Assembly: GCA_002633005.1 (NCBI GenBank)
Contig: NMRA01000248.1
Location: forward strand, 513,346 to 577,345
Source of the DNA: Phoronis australis
Taxonomy: Eukaryota > Animalia > Phoronida
DNA: 64,000 nucleotides
Direction: 5' to 3'
The translations under genes were made by a program, and so were the position numbers. The notes under the pieces were generated by a model, which worked only from the letters and a program-made list of their open reading frames with translations, did no database searches and was not told the DNA's origin. Below, in pieces: positions 54,501 to 64,000 of the stretch; position 1 is the stretch's first letter; every line of letters starts with the position of its first letter.

Positions 54501-55461
54501 TGCCATGTGTGACTGGCTTGAAAAGTGGTCCCGGAGTTTTCTCCCCTGATGGAAATTTAATTGCACCTATGAGTTACAAATTTCATTTTCTTACTAAACT
54601 TACATTAGTCTTAATGACCATCAATGATTAGCTCTGTATGAATTTTTGAATATATAGTGATTTTTCATTTTCATATGTTTTTTGTATGGATTCATTCTTT
54701 AATTAGTACCTTTGATGCTTAAGGAATAAAGACGTATATTAGAAAACGTTCCCTCATTAACGTTTCTGGTGCCGAAAATGATGCAAATTAAAAGTGTGTG
54801 CGCGGCTACTTAGGCTAACAAGTTTGTATGAGAAGCAAAAATGGGACTTTATTTTTAAAACTGCAGATGTGTGAAGTTTGAGCAAAACAAAGTTGCTGGA
54901 GTTAATTTAAAGTAAACAGCGCATTATTTCTCGCGAGAGCGCATGAGCCTGTCAATACGTACACACATGGTTGCTACAAAAGACGTACTTACAACTAAAC
55001 AGCGTGTAATTGTGTTCGTAAGACAATCTTATGGGAAATTATACATAATCTGTCAAATCTAAATGCGAAGCAACGATCGAAGATGGCGCGTTTTTCACAT
55101 CTTGAAAAACGAAATTTACAAAACCTCGAGTGCTGCTTTGCTGGAACAATGCCATGTAATTTATTTTAAAACTACAACACAAGACTAAGAACAACAACAA
55201 GGAAGAACAAGATGTACTGTAAGCGGAATTTGCAATATTTGATTACAAATCAAGTGGCGTGAATGACACTTGAATATTCATAAAATTTGGCAGAACCAAC
55301 AGAAGTTATTCATTGTTTAATATTTTCACAAATTTTGAATACGAACTTGAATGTCCGGACCCAAAAATGCATTGAAAGGTGTAAGTAGAGAAATACAAAA
55401 ACGTGAGAAAAACAAGGTACTTACAAAGAAGCACCAAACGGGTCACGTCTCGGACTTCCAT
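446..55461 (-). CDS. Multi-exon receptor-type protein tyrosine phosphatase (signal peptide, Tie-like Ig, kringle, EGF, FN3, TM, PTP D1 and D2); whole gene span
   Basis: Chain of about 40 GT-AG exons with matching phases. PTP motifs DYVNA, DFWRMIW, KCEVYWP, WPDHGVP and [11 protein letters not shown], plus a TM helix and FN3, EGF and kringle motifs. The 5' portion above 37.4 kb is less certain. Confidence 0.9.
1502..1637 (-). CDS. RPTP exon, D2 P-loop region
   Basis: [45 protein letters not shown]; 136 nt, phase 2 to 0. Confidence 0.92.
2347..2510 (-). CDS. RPTP exon, D2 WPD-equivalent loop
   Basis: [24 protein letters not shown]...AVIHC; 164 nt, phase 0 to 2. Confidence 0.92.
3085..3216 (-). 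CDS. RPTP exon, D2
   Basis: [44 protein letters not shown]; tag acceptor, gtaag donor. Confidence 0.9.
3669..3803 (-). CDS. RPTP exon, D2
   Basis: [45 protein letters not shown]. Confidence 0.92.
4755..4831 (-). CDS. RPTP exon, D2 DYINA motif
   Basis: [25 protein letters not shown]; 77 nt, phase 1 to 0. Confidence 0.9.
5852..5951 (-). CDS. RPTP exon, D2 start (copy A)
   Basis: [33 protein letters not shown]; 100 nt. Confidence 0.88.
6933..7067 (-). CDS. RPTP exon, D1 end and linker (copy A)
   Basis: [45 protein letters not shown]. Confidence 0.85.
7653..7788 (-). CDS. RPTP exon, D1 catalytic loop (copy A)
   Basis: (S)[45 protein letters not shown]. Confidence 0.85.
8347..8446 (-). CDS. 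RPTP exon, D2 start (copy B)
   Basis: Same peptide as 5852-5951, with two synonymous differences. Confidence 0.8.
9402..9536 (-). CDS. RPTP exon, D1 end and linker (copy B)
   Basis: DQYKFIY...FQLRLQ...KNELD (F to L relative to copy A). Confidence 0.85.
10122..10257 (-). CDS. RPTP exon, D1 catalytic loop (copy B)
   Basis: (S)AGVGRTG...DQAEAEG...MVQTL (D to E relative to copy A). Confidence 0.88.
10964..11127 (-). CDS. RPTP exon, D1 WPD loop
   Basis: [54 protein letters not shown](S); aag acceptor. Confidence 0.9.
11626..11748 (-). CDS. RPTP exon, D1
   Basis: [41 protein letters not shown]. Confidence 0.92.
12670..12767 (-). CDS. RPTP exon, D1
   Basis: (G)[32 protein letters not shown]. 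Confidence 0.93.
12942..13078. mobile_element. Small MITE-like element
   Basis: 14-bp perfect terminal inverted repeat acatgggcggcgca / tgcgccgcccatgt; GC-rich; internal repeat tatagcccc. Confidence 0.55.
13232..13345 (-). CDS. RPTP exon, D1
   Basis: (Y)[37 protein letters not shown](G). Confidence 0.93.
13816..13903 (-). CDS. RPTP exon, D1 pTyr-recognition loop
   Basis: [29 protein letters not shown](Y); 88 nt. Confidence 0.9.
14701..14870 (-). CDS. RPTP exon, cytoplasmic juxtamembrane / wedge region
   Basis: [56 protein letters not shown]. Confidence 0.85.
16001..16065 (-). CDS. RPTP exon, basic post-TM segment
   Basis: [21 protein letters not shown]; phase 2 to 1 matches both neighbours. 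Confidence 0.75.
16543..16648 (-). CDS. RPTP exon, transmembrane helix
   Basis: [34 protein letters not shown](R). Confidence 0.88.
16870..16900 (-). CDS. Tentative small RPTP exon (extracellular stalk)
   Basis: caacag acceptor, [10 protein letters not shown], gtaata donor; supplies the required phase 0 to 1 link. Confidence 0.45.
19056..19323 (-). CDS. RPTP exon, membrane-proximal FN3-like domain with RKRR site
   Basis: [21 protein letters not shown]...YIAANL...[35 protein letters not shown]; GD..TYGGY.N.PL is typical of RPTPs. Confidence 0.9.
20582..22025 (+). mobile_element. Degenerate DNA transposon, pogo/Tigger-like DDE fragment
   Basis: Imperfect TIRs ccgaggccttaaagtc / gacttcaggtcctcgg. 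ORF 21198-21632 contains [21 protein letters not shown], like the C-terminus of DDE_1 transposases, followed by a basic tract. Confidence 0.5.
22203..22311 (-). CDS. RPTP exon, start of membrane-proximal domain
   Basis: (D)[35 protein letters not shown](K); phase 1 to 2. Confidence 0.8.
22999..23173 (-). CDS. RPTP exon, FN3 #6 second half
   Basis: ...[37 protein letters not shown]. Confidence 0.9.
23924..24030 (-). CDS. RPTP exon, FN3 #6 first half
   Basis: [35 protein letters not shown]. Confidence 0.9.
24050..24250. repeat. Degenerate ~70-bp tandem repeat, about 3 copies
   Basis: Recurring unit ctgaacatagcacacgtgcaaggtacataaacgaagg. Confidence 0.7.
24491..24557 (-). CDS. RPTP exon, FN3 #5 end
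   Basis: [22 protein letters not shown]; phase 0 to 1. Confidence 0.8.
25019..25236 (-). CDS. RPTP exon, FN3 #5
   Basis: [38 protein letters not shown]...[13 protein letters not shown]. Confidence 0.9.
25795..26097 (-). CDS. RPTP exon, FN3 #4
   Basis: [32 protein letters not shown]...[23 protein letters not shown]. Confidence 0.92.
26487..26795 (-). CDS. RPTP exon, FN3 #3
   Basis: ...[18 protein letters not shown]...[18 protein letters not shown]. Confidence 0.92.
28653..28872 (-). CDS. RPTP exon, FN3 #2 second part
   Basis: [18 protein letters not shown]...[21 protein letters not shown]; gtgggt donor. Confidence 0.82.
29130..29191 (-). CDS. RPTP exon, FN3 #2 first part
   Basis: [20 protein letters not shown]; phase 1 to 0. 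Confidence 0.8.
29521..29817 (-). CDS. RPTP exon, FN3 #1
   Basis: [43 protein letters not shown]...QYQIRI; G.GPV motif resembles Tie FN3-1. Confidence 0.88.
30538..30669 (-). CDS. RPTP exon, EGF / laminin-EGF-like repeat
   Basis: [43 protein letters not shown]. Confidence 0.9.
30828..30955. repeat. 38-bp tandem repeat (about 3 copies) containing the exon's 5' splice site
   Basis: Unit aatcaactgacatattaaatcttaccttgatcacatcc; cttac at 30859, 30897 and 30935; N at 30827. Confidence 0.85.
30940..31086 (-). CDS. RPTP exon, Tie-type EGF repeat
   Basis: [48 protein letters not shown]; DPYGCSC is characteristic of Tie receptors. Confidence 0.9.
31801..31932 (-). CDS. RPTP exon, Tie-type EGF repeat
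   Basis: [43 protein letters not shown]; found by manual translation, absent from the ORF track. Confidence 0.9.
33917..34035 (-). mobile_element. tRNA-derived SINE head (degenerate)
   Basis: Minus strand shows A-box-like tggcctggttg and B-box ggttcaagtcc, followed by a cccttgagc SINE-core-like motif; no complete cloverleaf. Confidence 0.6.
34569..34814 (-). CDS. RPTP exon, Tie Ig2-like domain
   Basis: ...VKWQKDG...GHGGVYTV...KGIFRLIVR; the RLIVR end directly before the EGFs is as in Tie receptors. Confidence 0.85.
35282..35515 (-). CDS. RPTP exon, kringle domain
   Basis: [35 protein letters not shown]...[16 protein letters not shown]...[10 protein letters not shown]; six Cys; phase 1-1. 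Confidence 0.92.
37082..37369 (-). CDS. RPTP exon, probable divergent Tie Ig1-like beta-sandwich
   Basis: 288-nt open phase 1-1 exon [14 protein letters not shown]...[26 protein letters not shown] with a strong acceptor; domain identity inferred from position. Confidence 0.7.
39764..39801 (-). CDS. Tentative RPTP 5' exon
   Basis: [12 protein letters not shown]; phase 2 to 1, gtaag donor. Confidence 0.5.
40560..40602 (-). CDS. Tentative RPTP 5' exon
   Basis: (D)[13 protein letters not shown](G); ttttag acceptor, gtaag donor; phase 1 to 2. Confidence 0.5.
41704..41725 (-). CDS. Tentative RPTP 5' micro-exon
   Basis: SLKLILN; phase 0 to 1 fits both neighbours. Confidence 0.35.
42505..42720. 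repeat. (TACA)n microsatellite arrays
   Basis: Two TACA runs (~42505-42545 and ~42615-42660) plus GACA/TACA-like flanks. Confidence 0.95.
43295..43416 (-). CDS. Tentative RPTP 5' exon
   Basis: [40 protein letters not shown]; phase 1 to 0. Confidence 0.45.
43805..43849 (-). CDS. Tentative RPTP 5' exon next to the Academ-like element
   Basis: ctgctag acceptor, [14 protein letters not shown], gtaatc donor; phase 1-1. Confidence 0.35.
43875..46843 (+). mobile_element. Non-autonomous Academ-like (AcademX-type) DNA transposon
   Basis: TAG...CTA termini; TIR tagccggtgggcca / tggcccaccgacta with subterminal tgtgagtacttt.ggggg; 3-bp TSD TAC (43872-43874 and 46844-46846); internal Cys-rich relic 45818-46099 (CKCKQNIC...C...[10 protein letters not shown]). 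Confidence 0.75.
46847..46953 (-). CDS. Tentative RPTP 5' exon abutting the Academ TSD
   Basis: [35 protein letters not shown]; phase 2 start matches exon 47207-47288; weak acceptor. Confidence 0.35.
47207..47288 (-). CDS. RPTP exon 2 (end of signal peptide, mature N-terminus)
   Basis: tttcag acceptor, (C)[26 protein letters not shown](P), gtgagt donor. Confidence 0.65.
47871..50305 (+). mobile_element. 5'-truncated, inactivated non-LTR retrotransposon (CR1/L2-like LINE), antisense in intron 1
   Basis: RT motifs [42 protein letters not shown] and YADG; C-terminal CKC..H..C knuckle; stops and frameshifts; 3' stem-loop and AATAAA at 50294. Confidence 0.88.
51328..52293. mobile_element. Internally deleted Kolobok-like transposon with THAP domain relic
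   Basis: TTAA on both flanks (51324-51327 and 52294-52297); imperfect TIR acagtacacaccatg / catgttgtgtacact; frameshifted THAP on the minus strand (RCVSGGCSN...[21 protein letters not shown]); acidic plus-strand ORF ending FFEP. Confidence 0.6.
55425..55461 (-). CDS. RPTP first coding exon (signal peptide)
   Basis: [12 protein letters not shown] with gtaagt donor; joins exon 2 in phase to give [24 protein letters not shown]; an in-frame upstream ATG lies at 55497. Confidence 0.6.
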
Positions 55462-56342
55462 TAACAATGTCCACACTCCACCATTCCTGCTAAGCATTGT
55501 ACTTTCGTGATAGACGTTTTGTTACTTGTCGTCGTTATCGTAAAGTACAACTTGTGCTCCAGGTTATACCTGTGAGATCGGTCTTGGACAACTTCCCTGA
55601 CAATGTTTCGGGCGTATGTGTACAATAGGTGTTTTGAGTTGGATAAAACTGTGGTTCTCACGTGATAATGACAACGGGGTGCAGAGGAAGTGTTTGAGTC
55701 ACCCAAAATATGAGACACTGACGGTTCAGTTTCAAAGTTTCGATCTTGGAACTGCATCACTCATCTCATATATCATTTAACGCTGTGGAAACTTGAGAGT
55801 TTTTGTTCAAGCCTGTCTCTGACGGAGACATCGATAAGGAGTAAAACAACCGGCTATGTAATGGTTAGTGTGCGTTGTTAGCTGTAGCTATTATTTCCAC
55901 TATGATCATAATGAACAGACTAAAGAGTAATGGGCACGGAAACAAGGAACTGAATGTTGAACTTCAGCGCACTTAAAATACTGCTCAAAATGGTTGTAAC
56001 TTTGCACCAAGCGAGGCATAAGTAGATCCGATATGTCAATCAGGCTAATAAAGCGGCATTGTCGTTTTTACGCATTTTTGGAATGCCTGATCAATGGAAT
56101 AGACTGCTTGAAGTTTTCAGTTTTCACCCAAAGCTATATAACACACTAGAATCCGTGGTGTTTTTATTCACGATGTCTCCAAACAGTTGCTTAAAACAAA
56201 GCAAGTGATTTTTTCCAATCAGATACGCTGAGTATAAGCTGTCGTCTAAAAGAAGCTGTCGTCTATTGAATGCAATTTAGCGAGGATGTGAGTATGAAGT
56301 AGGGTGACAAATGTTTTGATGATAAGCCTGCACGTCATTCAA

Positions 56343-56480
56343 CCGTGTCCAGTAAGTATCGTGACGTGGTGTAGGGGATTATAAATGCATGATGTGGGTT
56401 AAGTGAGACCCCAAAGTACTTCAATAGTACAAAGTTTAGCTATTAGCAGAATTTTTTGTTTTCACATTTACTTGTTGCAC
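56343..56480 (+). repeat. Dispersed repeat, second copy (first copy ~4391-4520)
   Basis: Both copies share ccgtgtccagta.gtatcgtgacgtg ... acttca.tagt.caaag ... ctattag ... ttttca.atttact.gttg. Confidence 0.6.
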
Positions 56481-59400
56481 ATCGCTTAGAGTAGACGATG
56501 TTCAAACAGCAATGTCGTTTAATTCCTGCTATACATTAGCATAGTTATTAGCACGTAAATACATTTTAAAGTCCTTCTCTCTCGCGTTGTTAACCCTTAT
56601 TACATGGTTAGATGATGTTATAAGGATTCAAGAAGTACCTACCCCATAACTAATACACGATCCGTACTCGAAAAAAAGTTTAAATGAACGCGCCACTCAC
56701 GATTCGCACCCGAAGAACCACCGCCATTTTGAACTTGCCGCGAACCCGGAAGTACAATTCATTCAGGAACTCAGGCTAAGAAAACGCCGTCAGTGTGAGT
56801 GCCTGTTACCAGCCTGCAAACGGGTATAAAATAATCGACAGCGCGCCTTAATTTTAATAAAATAAAACTACGGACAATTTTATCGAATTTGCTGAAGAAA
56901 TGTGGCGAATAAATTTTGACAGAAATTATTTTGCCAGACTCGGGACCGCAGTCTATCGGACCCGGTGCCGATCGAGACCAGACACTGGCGAACGGTGAAC
57001 GCATGCGGTTGCCAGCTCTTTTGTCGAAGTAAAATGGTCAAATCATAAATGCTGCATATATTCAAGGGTAGTTTCAGACACTTGCATGAAATTACGGTTG
57101 GTTAGTACATCTTATATTTTTGCACGAAAGCACGGAAATTGAACAAAGTTTCTTTTTTGTAGCAACGTTTGTCAAAATGTATCAACGTTAAATCTTCACA
57201 AATTACAAAGTAGCCGATTGAACATGCCTTTCAGTTCAGCAAAAGTCGCCTTGTTGTCGGTGCCGCCAGAAATGAGACGAAGTTCAACGGGAATTGTGAG
57301 CACATTTATCACTTAATGAGTAACAACTGCGAGGTTGAAATTTGGTGAACACTGTTAAATCGTGCAGAATAGTAAGTAAAGATATGTCTAACTAAACAAT
57401 TTACACAAATTTTTGAACTCGTAACTTATCCCGCTGTCCTACAATATGGCCAACGCGATCCAAACAAAATGACCCAAATTTCGCCACAAAACTTGCAATA
57501 ACTTTACACTGCTTGCCCCGATTTTGAAACTTCTTCGATTTTTACTGAGTAGAATGCACTACCTTTCCGATGATAGCAAAGTACTTGTTCAAAACGAGAA
57601 AAAAAAATAAAACCGAAAAAAATTGGTTCCACTCATAGGTTCCCAGGTTCGACCGGCCTACGTAAGGAACTAAACACCAATGCTATTTTAACATACTAAG
57701 TACGCGTAACATTCCAAAAAAATCAACGACCACTAACTATAAATACAGTACATATGCAAACGAATCACGAGATATTACTAATAAAACAAAATAATGAAGA
57801 CTTTCGAGCAAGCGATAGCACATTCAGTTACAAGGAAAAAATGGCGGCGTTCAGGACAAGTTCCTGAACTGATGAGCCGGAAATGTGGATACGGAAATAA
57901 CCGATGACAACCGGTAATCATACGCTCAGAGAGAAGGGTCAAATACTGTTCAAAAATCGCTTTTGGCAAGAAAGGCGAAACGAATATAAAGAAAGGGTGC
58001 CGAAAATAAGATTTTACGTAGTAAGTATTTTCGGATACTGGAACCACTTTAAATGGTCTGGGGATCTAAAATTCATCCCCGTTTGGCAAGGACTCAACTG
58101 AGGATAATCAGGGCAGAGCTACACAGACCATAAACGCGAGTACAAAGCAACTACACCGGATTGTGCCGGATGTGATCAGCGTTGATCCGGCACCTGCACT
58201 GTACTGAGACTGTGGATCAATGATTTAATGTCACGGATGATTATCTATAAAAACATGTGGCAGATGACACATTAGCTGAAAGTGCATCATAGGAATTACG
58301 TCACCATAAATAAGCCGAACTGAGAAGGTTTAATGAATACATACACTTCCTTTACATTTCTGTATCAGTGTCAGATGCGAATTAGGGTCAAATTTGTGAT
58401 CAAATTCGACTGACACTACATACAGTGTATGACCAACAAGACTCTCGTACTCATGTACAATATCAGAACATTCATGTTTGAATGTAACGATATAAACACA
58501 GCCACACGTTTCACAGAACATCACTTAGGCATTATCAGTGGCCATACAACCAAAACAATGGTTCCACATCATTCAACTTGTATGAGTCACACAGCATATA
58601 ATGAGTCAAGGACACAGTTGTAGCTGTGTCGATTAACAATTTAGATCCGACATGGGCGGGGCAATTGAGGGAAGCATGGTGCGCCACTATCCGTGAAATT
58701 TGGGGGGGTAGCGCCCCGCAGGAGGTATGCACATATACATGTATTGTAATAAGTTACAAGCGTCCGTGGCTTACGGGATATAGCAGGCATAGGGTGAGGG
58801 GAGAAGGAGGGTGGGGGGTAGTCGAGAAAGACCAAGTGAAACATGAAGAATTAAGATGGTGGTAACTGTTAGTTCTGCAGCCACTTTGGGCACCCTCCTC
58901 CTCACGCTTTTGTTTGGTGGCCCCAGAATTTGAAAAGTTTACAATATGGATCAACTACACTCACTTCAAATGTGGTGATTCATTCATACTTTGAAGAAGT
59001 CCGAGAAAACTTGTTATGTGCTTATTTTCCTGAGCAATTTCTTAAGGAATGCTTTGTTTTTTTTCTACAGGGCTCTTCTCTGGCAAGTGATAATGCAGTC
59101 ATCGGTCGCGCTGTTTTCCGTTTGTAAATATTTATTCACAACTGTGTTAGGCGTTAGATGTGTACACCACACATACATGTACATGTAGTCTGTTCATGCT
59201 GTTGTTCTAAGCTGACCCTCAAATTTTTCGATAGTACGTGGCGAACTTCGCCACATAAAACTTCTTATAAAAAATTGAACATGGCCTGCACATATGTTTA
59301 CGAACATCGTGTTACAACTGAACACTGAAAGAAGAAAGAGTTCTCTTAATTTGCATGCAATAGTATATCTTTTAAATATTTACCAGGAAGAGACACCGAA

Positions 59401-60209
59401 ACTGAGCATTGTACCGGAACTCAGTAACACGAGTGGTGTGCCCCCAAGCGACCGTTGGGTACGAATTTTTGCTTTTGTTCAGATATTAATTCTAAGCTCT
59501 AAATACTAGCCGCAGCGCCAACAAGTACTCAATTGCCACTTTGTTACTCAATAGGACTGTAACCTTTACGTGCAGATATCTAACTTTTAGGCGGGAGGTC
59601 ACATCCACTTAAATTACCGTGCAGGGTCATATTTAAGACACCGAGATTCATTTATCCTCTGCGAAAGACAATGCAAAAATGTGCTTAGTACAAACTACAG
59701 AAGTTTTCAATATAAACTGGACAACGTTCAAATTCAACAAACTTCGGCGCAGTTTCAATCTCGACCAAATCTCATCCAAATTTCAACAAGTGTAATTTTA
59801 CCCACGGTTGTCGTAATCGCGACAACTTACAGTACAAGTCCCTCACACAAATAAACAATCAGCTGGTACGACGATAACGGTATCGCAAATTCAAACAACA
59901 ATTCGGCAAAATACTATTTTATAGCGACAAAAGTTGTCGAAATTGTCTTATTATTCTGACAAGATGTTTATCTAACTTTAACAGAGATAGTACACTTTCG
60001 ACTCAGTACTCCCATAACAAATGAGAATGCCTGTAAAAGGGAAACTAGACTTCATATATCAAAATTATCATTCTTTACAACTTCCTTCCTTCCCGCATAG
60101 AACTGTAGACAGGTCCAAATTTCAAGGCTACGAGTTAGTCTCATCTATCCGCTAGTGATGTCTTCATCAACCGGTAGCGTGAGTAGCCTGCTTTTAGAAC
60201 AAAACTACG

Positions 60210-61075
60210 GATAGTTCTAAAACCCGTTCGACCCATCTCGACCCCCACACCCCTCTGTTCACGACCCCCTCGACCGAGAAGCCCTCGACCCCACGACCCC
60301 CTTTATCCACGACTTGAGACAATACAGGTGTTTTTGCGATGTTTACCAATTGCATAATCTAATAACGTAACTGAGTGGCTTTTGCATAAAACGTACCAGC
60401 ACGCGAGTCTGCTCTGGCTGAAGACGGTAATTAAAAACAGAAAGTGGCGTGATGACGTGATCTGAACTAGCGCATTGTGAGGGCGCTATCGTTGTTACGG
60501 AAATAGTTCCACGAGCGGCTACCAATGGCCCAGTTTTAGTAAGCTTAGGGAGACAGTACGTTAACGTGAATGTACATGCTCTCACATTTTACAACGTGCT
60601 TTCTGTTGTATACTTGTTTACCGACAATATACTCCATATAACGTTGAAATACTTTTAGTGAACAGTTTGTTTATTATTTCAAACTGCATATTTTACTGAT
60701 GAAATTACAGTTTCGTCGGTTCCGTCGCACTCTCCACAAAACGAGCAAACGAAACGATTTCGCTCTGCCGGGAACGACATTTGTAACATTGGCGGGTTTT
60801 GATTTGATTTGGTTGCATCCTTTGCTTCGGTTTTTGGCTTTCAGACTTTCCGAATAGACTGCCTTAATAGCAAAAAAAAAAACAGGGAAAAGCCAGCCGA
60901 GCCTACGGCTGGTCCTGCAAGTCAGCGCTTGTTCTATTTTCAGATCAAGTCGAGCTTGTGTCGACGTCGAGGAGGTTTTGAGTCGCGGGTCCTGGAGTCG
61001 AGGGGTTGTGGGTCGAGGGGTTGTGGGTCGAGGGGGTCGAGGGTATGTGGGGTTCGAGGGGGTTTTAGAACAATC
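60210..61075. mobile_element. MITE / foldback-like element with subterminal CTCGACCC / GGGTCGAG arrays
   Basis: TIR gatagttctaaaaccc / gggttttagaacaatc; inverted short-repeat arrays at ~60225-60320 and ~60950-61065. Confidence 0.6.
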
Positions 61076-63574
61076 TTCAGAGATCTCTTTANTTGTGGCC
61101 GGGGACGAAGGGGTTTTAGAAGTATCATCACAAAACTACCCATTGGTGAAAAAAGACTCCGTAATGTAGTTAAACTTGGTCATTTTGTTTTGTAGGTGGT
61201 GCGTCCCTGTAGTTTGTTGTGATTTTGTGAAGACTATAGCTACTCGTAGCCGTAGACATTCAAGTTTGCGAAAGGATTAAAAGTAATTGTAACCAAGTTG
61301 TTAGCACCGTGATTTTGTTACACCCGTAGTCAAATTTGTGATAACCGAATGTATCAACTAAAACGATCACATTTACGATATATGTATTTATTAGCCCAAC
61401 TATGAGTACACATGTGTTCTGGCCGACAGCCAGACCCGAACTGGACCACGAGGTCTCTAACAACTTGACTATAACGTCGAAGACACGCCCACTACATACT
61501 AAGACAGTTGCCACAAAATTGCAGCCGCATATTTAAGTACATGTACTCTTCATGTACGATATCTAGAAAGGCTACTAGTGTAATGAAAACATTTATTGAT
61601 TGAAAAGATACAAAAACACATAAGTATCAATACACCAGACTAACATAGTTTGGTTACCTTTCTCGTTTAATTGGAATTCTGAACACTGCAAGAATGCATA
61701 CGTTTCCTTTTAGAGAATATAGTTTTTTATTCAGAGCGTTATGTTTTCCAACAACATCATTAAACACGTCATTTAAACACTGAAGGTCTTGTGAGTTCGC
61801 ACTAAATTGTCGCAAAAAGACGATAATACGGTGGATGACTCTACGAGCACGCCAGGCCTTGCAAGTGCAGATTTTGAGAACCACCAAAACTCACCGGATG
61901 TTGTCCAAAACACAATTGACGCACAGTTCGCTGAAACATATATATGTATAAACGAGTTAAAGTACTACCGTTAGTTCGCACCATTGGAAAGAACATTCAC
62001 TAAATGCTCATCGTTTCTGTACTGCCAACCGTCGAAAATCGAATAGTTGTACCACTGCTTTTAATATAGAATGGCTATTGTAATACAAGCAATACCAAAC
62101 TGACAAGGAAACAAATTCTTCGACTCGAGTACACGATGATTATCGTTGCGTGTTAATTGCGGCAGACAGATAGTAGTATATGAAACGACACACGAACACT
62201 TTAACGAATAGAACGTGTCTATTGCTTTGCAGCGTTGTGAGTAACAAACAACAGGTTACAGTGAGTTGTGAGACTGACGACTATTTGACTGAGGCGATAT
62301 ATCACTACTGACGAAGGCACTAGCTAATCTACAGTGCCAGTAGCCACCCATAGCTACCACTCGTGTTAACGCAAGACTCACACTAGAAGAAAGCCTCTAG
62401 ATCAATCGCAAAACTGGTTCAAATATTGGTTAACAGGCTGAGACATGAGCTATATCAGGTATAGCTCATTGCTGAGACCAACACCCGCGCTAAAGTGTCA
62501 ATACCTCTTGTTGTTACAACTCTTGGATTGAGTTCCTTGTGACCTGCCTCTCGTTCAGTAACGCTAGGACCTCGCTAAAATCAAGACTTCAGTCGCAAGA
62601 TTACGTGAGATATTGCCATGTATTTTGAACTGAAAACACATGACTGGCCTAGATTTTAGCTAGGTCCTAACGTTACTGAACGCACGCCTGGTCCGGCCTG
62701 CCTCTCGGTGGTTTCTCAAGTCGTCCCGGTCTTCAGGTCTGCAGTCTCCTGGTCTAGATTAATCCCTCAGGTGTGCGGTCTGGGTGATCTATTCGTTGTG
62801 TCTTTGGTCTTCGGTCTATTCGTTCTGGTCTGGTTTTCGGTCTGTAGACAGATTCCATTACGGAAACAGCCGAATTCCATAGGTCACGCCATCACATGCA
62901 CGTCAGACTAAACACTGCAGTCAGTACAGTATGTATGTAAAACAAGCCTTCTGAGCTGGTGTGCCTGCTTGTGTTTTGTATTTGTTAGCAGATCCGCTGA
63001 TTTGAAATCATTTATAGGGGGTGAAACCTTAAGCCAGTACAAATCGCCCAACACAGCAAAGTAGGCCTATTATGGTTGCAATTGCACTAAAAATGAGTTC
63101 ACCAACGATATCTAAAGCATTTGGGGGGCAGGCGTAGTGACAAATGCATTGTTAAATAATTTGGCTTTCTGGGATACCTTTTACCCAAAGACAAAATTAT
63201 GACAGAGGTTTTACTATTGATGAACTCCTGTTTCCAAGACGAGTTAGTTAAACATATCAGCAATTCACCCCTAGTCAAAAAAAGGATTTGACAAGAACAC
63301 AGAATCAATGGATAACTGCTTGATTTTCTGTGCTGGGCTTGTGAACCTACGTGCTGATCTGATCACAGATCAAAATTTGGAAGACATGGACTATCTTACA
63401 GAGTTTTTGTGTTGCCCATTCCAAGTAGTAACATGTACTGTTTCAAGACATTTCTGAAAGTAAAATGTACGCAACTGTGCAACAGATTACTCAACAAAAT
63501 TTTCACTTTAAAATTAGCGCGTATGTAAATAAAGTTGGGGTGCTTCTGTTTTGGCCTAAAACAAATGCGATCAA

Positions 63575-63720
63575 ATTCGGGGCTGGCGCTGTAGTATGAG
63601 TGGTGGAGTGTGTCGTTAGCAGAGCGGCCACAATGCTGGCGTCATGGTCGGGAGCTGTATATGTGCAGCCTTCGACAGGGCAGGCGACGGTAGGCATGGC
63701 TTTGGATACAGATCGCCATC
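63575..63720 (-). mobile_element. Possible LTR-retrotransposon gag N-terminal relic
   Basis: MPTVACPVEGCTYTAPDHDASIVAALLTTHSTTH (C-x4-C...H-x3-H) preceded by TGGCGATC (PBS-like); ORF truncated. Confidence 0.35.
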
Positions 63721-64000
63721 ATAAATCAACACGGTTTATTTCTTATATCATCGTAATTATTGCACAGCCAGACAATATGACAAAGAATGGTGGCGATCTA
63801 CAAAACAAATAAAACATCTGTGACTTTTGAGTACATCTACGCTAGCTAAAGACTTTAATAAACTAATGACAAACTTAACTGTGTGCTTAAGCTAACAGAA
63901 AAAAGGGCTCGACGCTATTAAAATCGCATTTTGCGACCTAGCCAAAATCCCAGGTCGCATTTTCAAAATCATTCATAAATGCCAGGTCGCAGACTTTCCC

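Noticed and set aside
60809-61195. SRG-repeat ORF
   Set aside because: Translation of the subterminal repeat array of a MITE-like element.

Overview
This is AT-rich metazoan (invertebrate-type) genomic DNA, not prokaryotic. One large spliced gene on the minus strand dominates the window (ATG ~55461, stop at 446). I traced about 40 GT-AG exons by hand with consistent reading phases. The gene encodes a receptor-type protein tyrosine phosphatase with an unusual ectodomain. The domain order is: signal peptide, a tentative divergent discoidin-like segment, a Tie-like Ig1, a kringle, a Tie-like Ig2, Tie-type EGF repeats, six FN3 repeats, a juxtamembrane FN3-like domain with an RKRR site, a TM helix, an intact-looking PTP D1, a degenerate D2 and a C-terminal YANF motif. 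A ~2.5 kb tandem duplication of three PTP exons is joined by a single N and is probably a haplotype assembly artefact. Introns carry transposon relics: an Academ-like element (TAG...CTA ends, TAC TSD) at a candidate exon junction, a CR1/L2-like LINE, a Kolobok-like THAP relic, a pogo-like fragment, a tRNA-derived SINE and MITEs. All domain calls come from manual motif recognition; no database searches were run.
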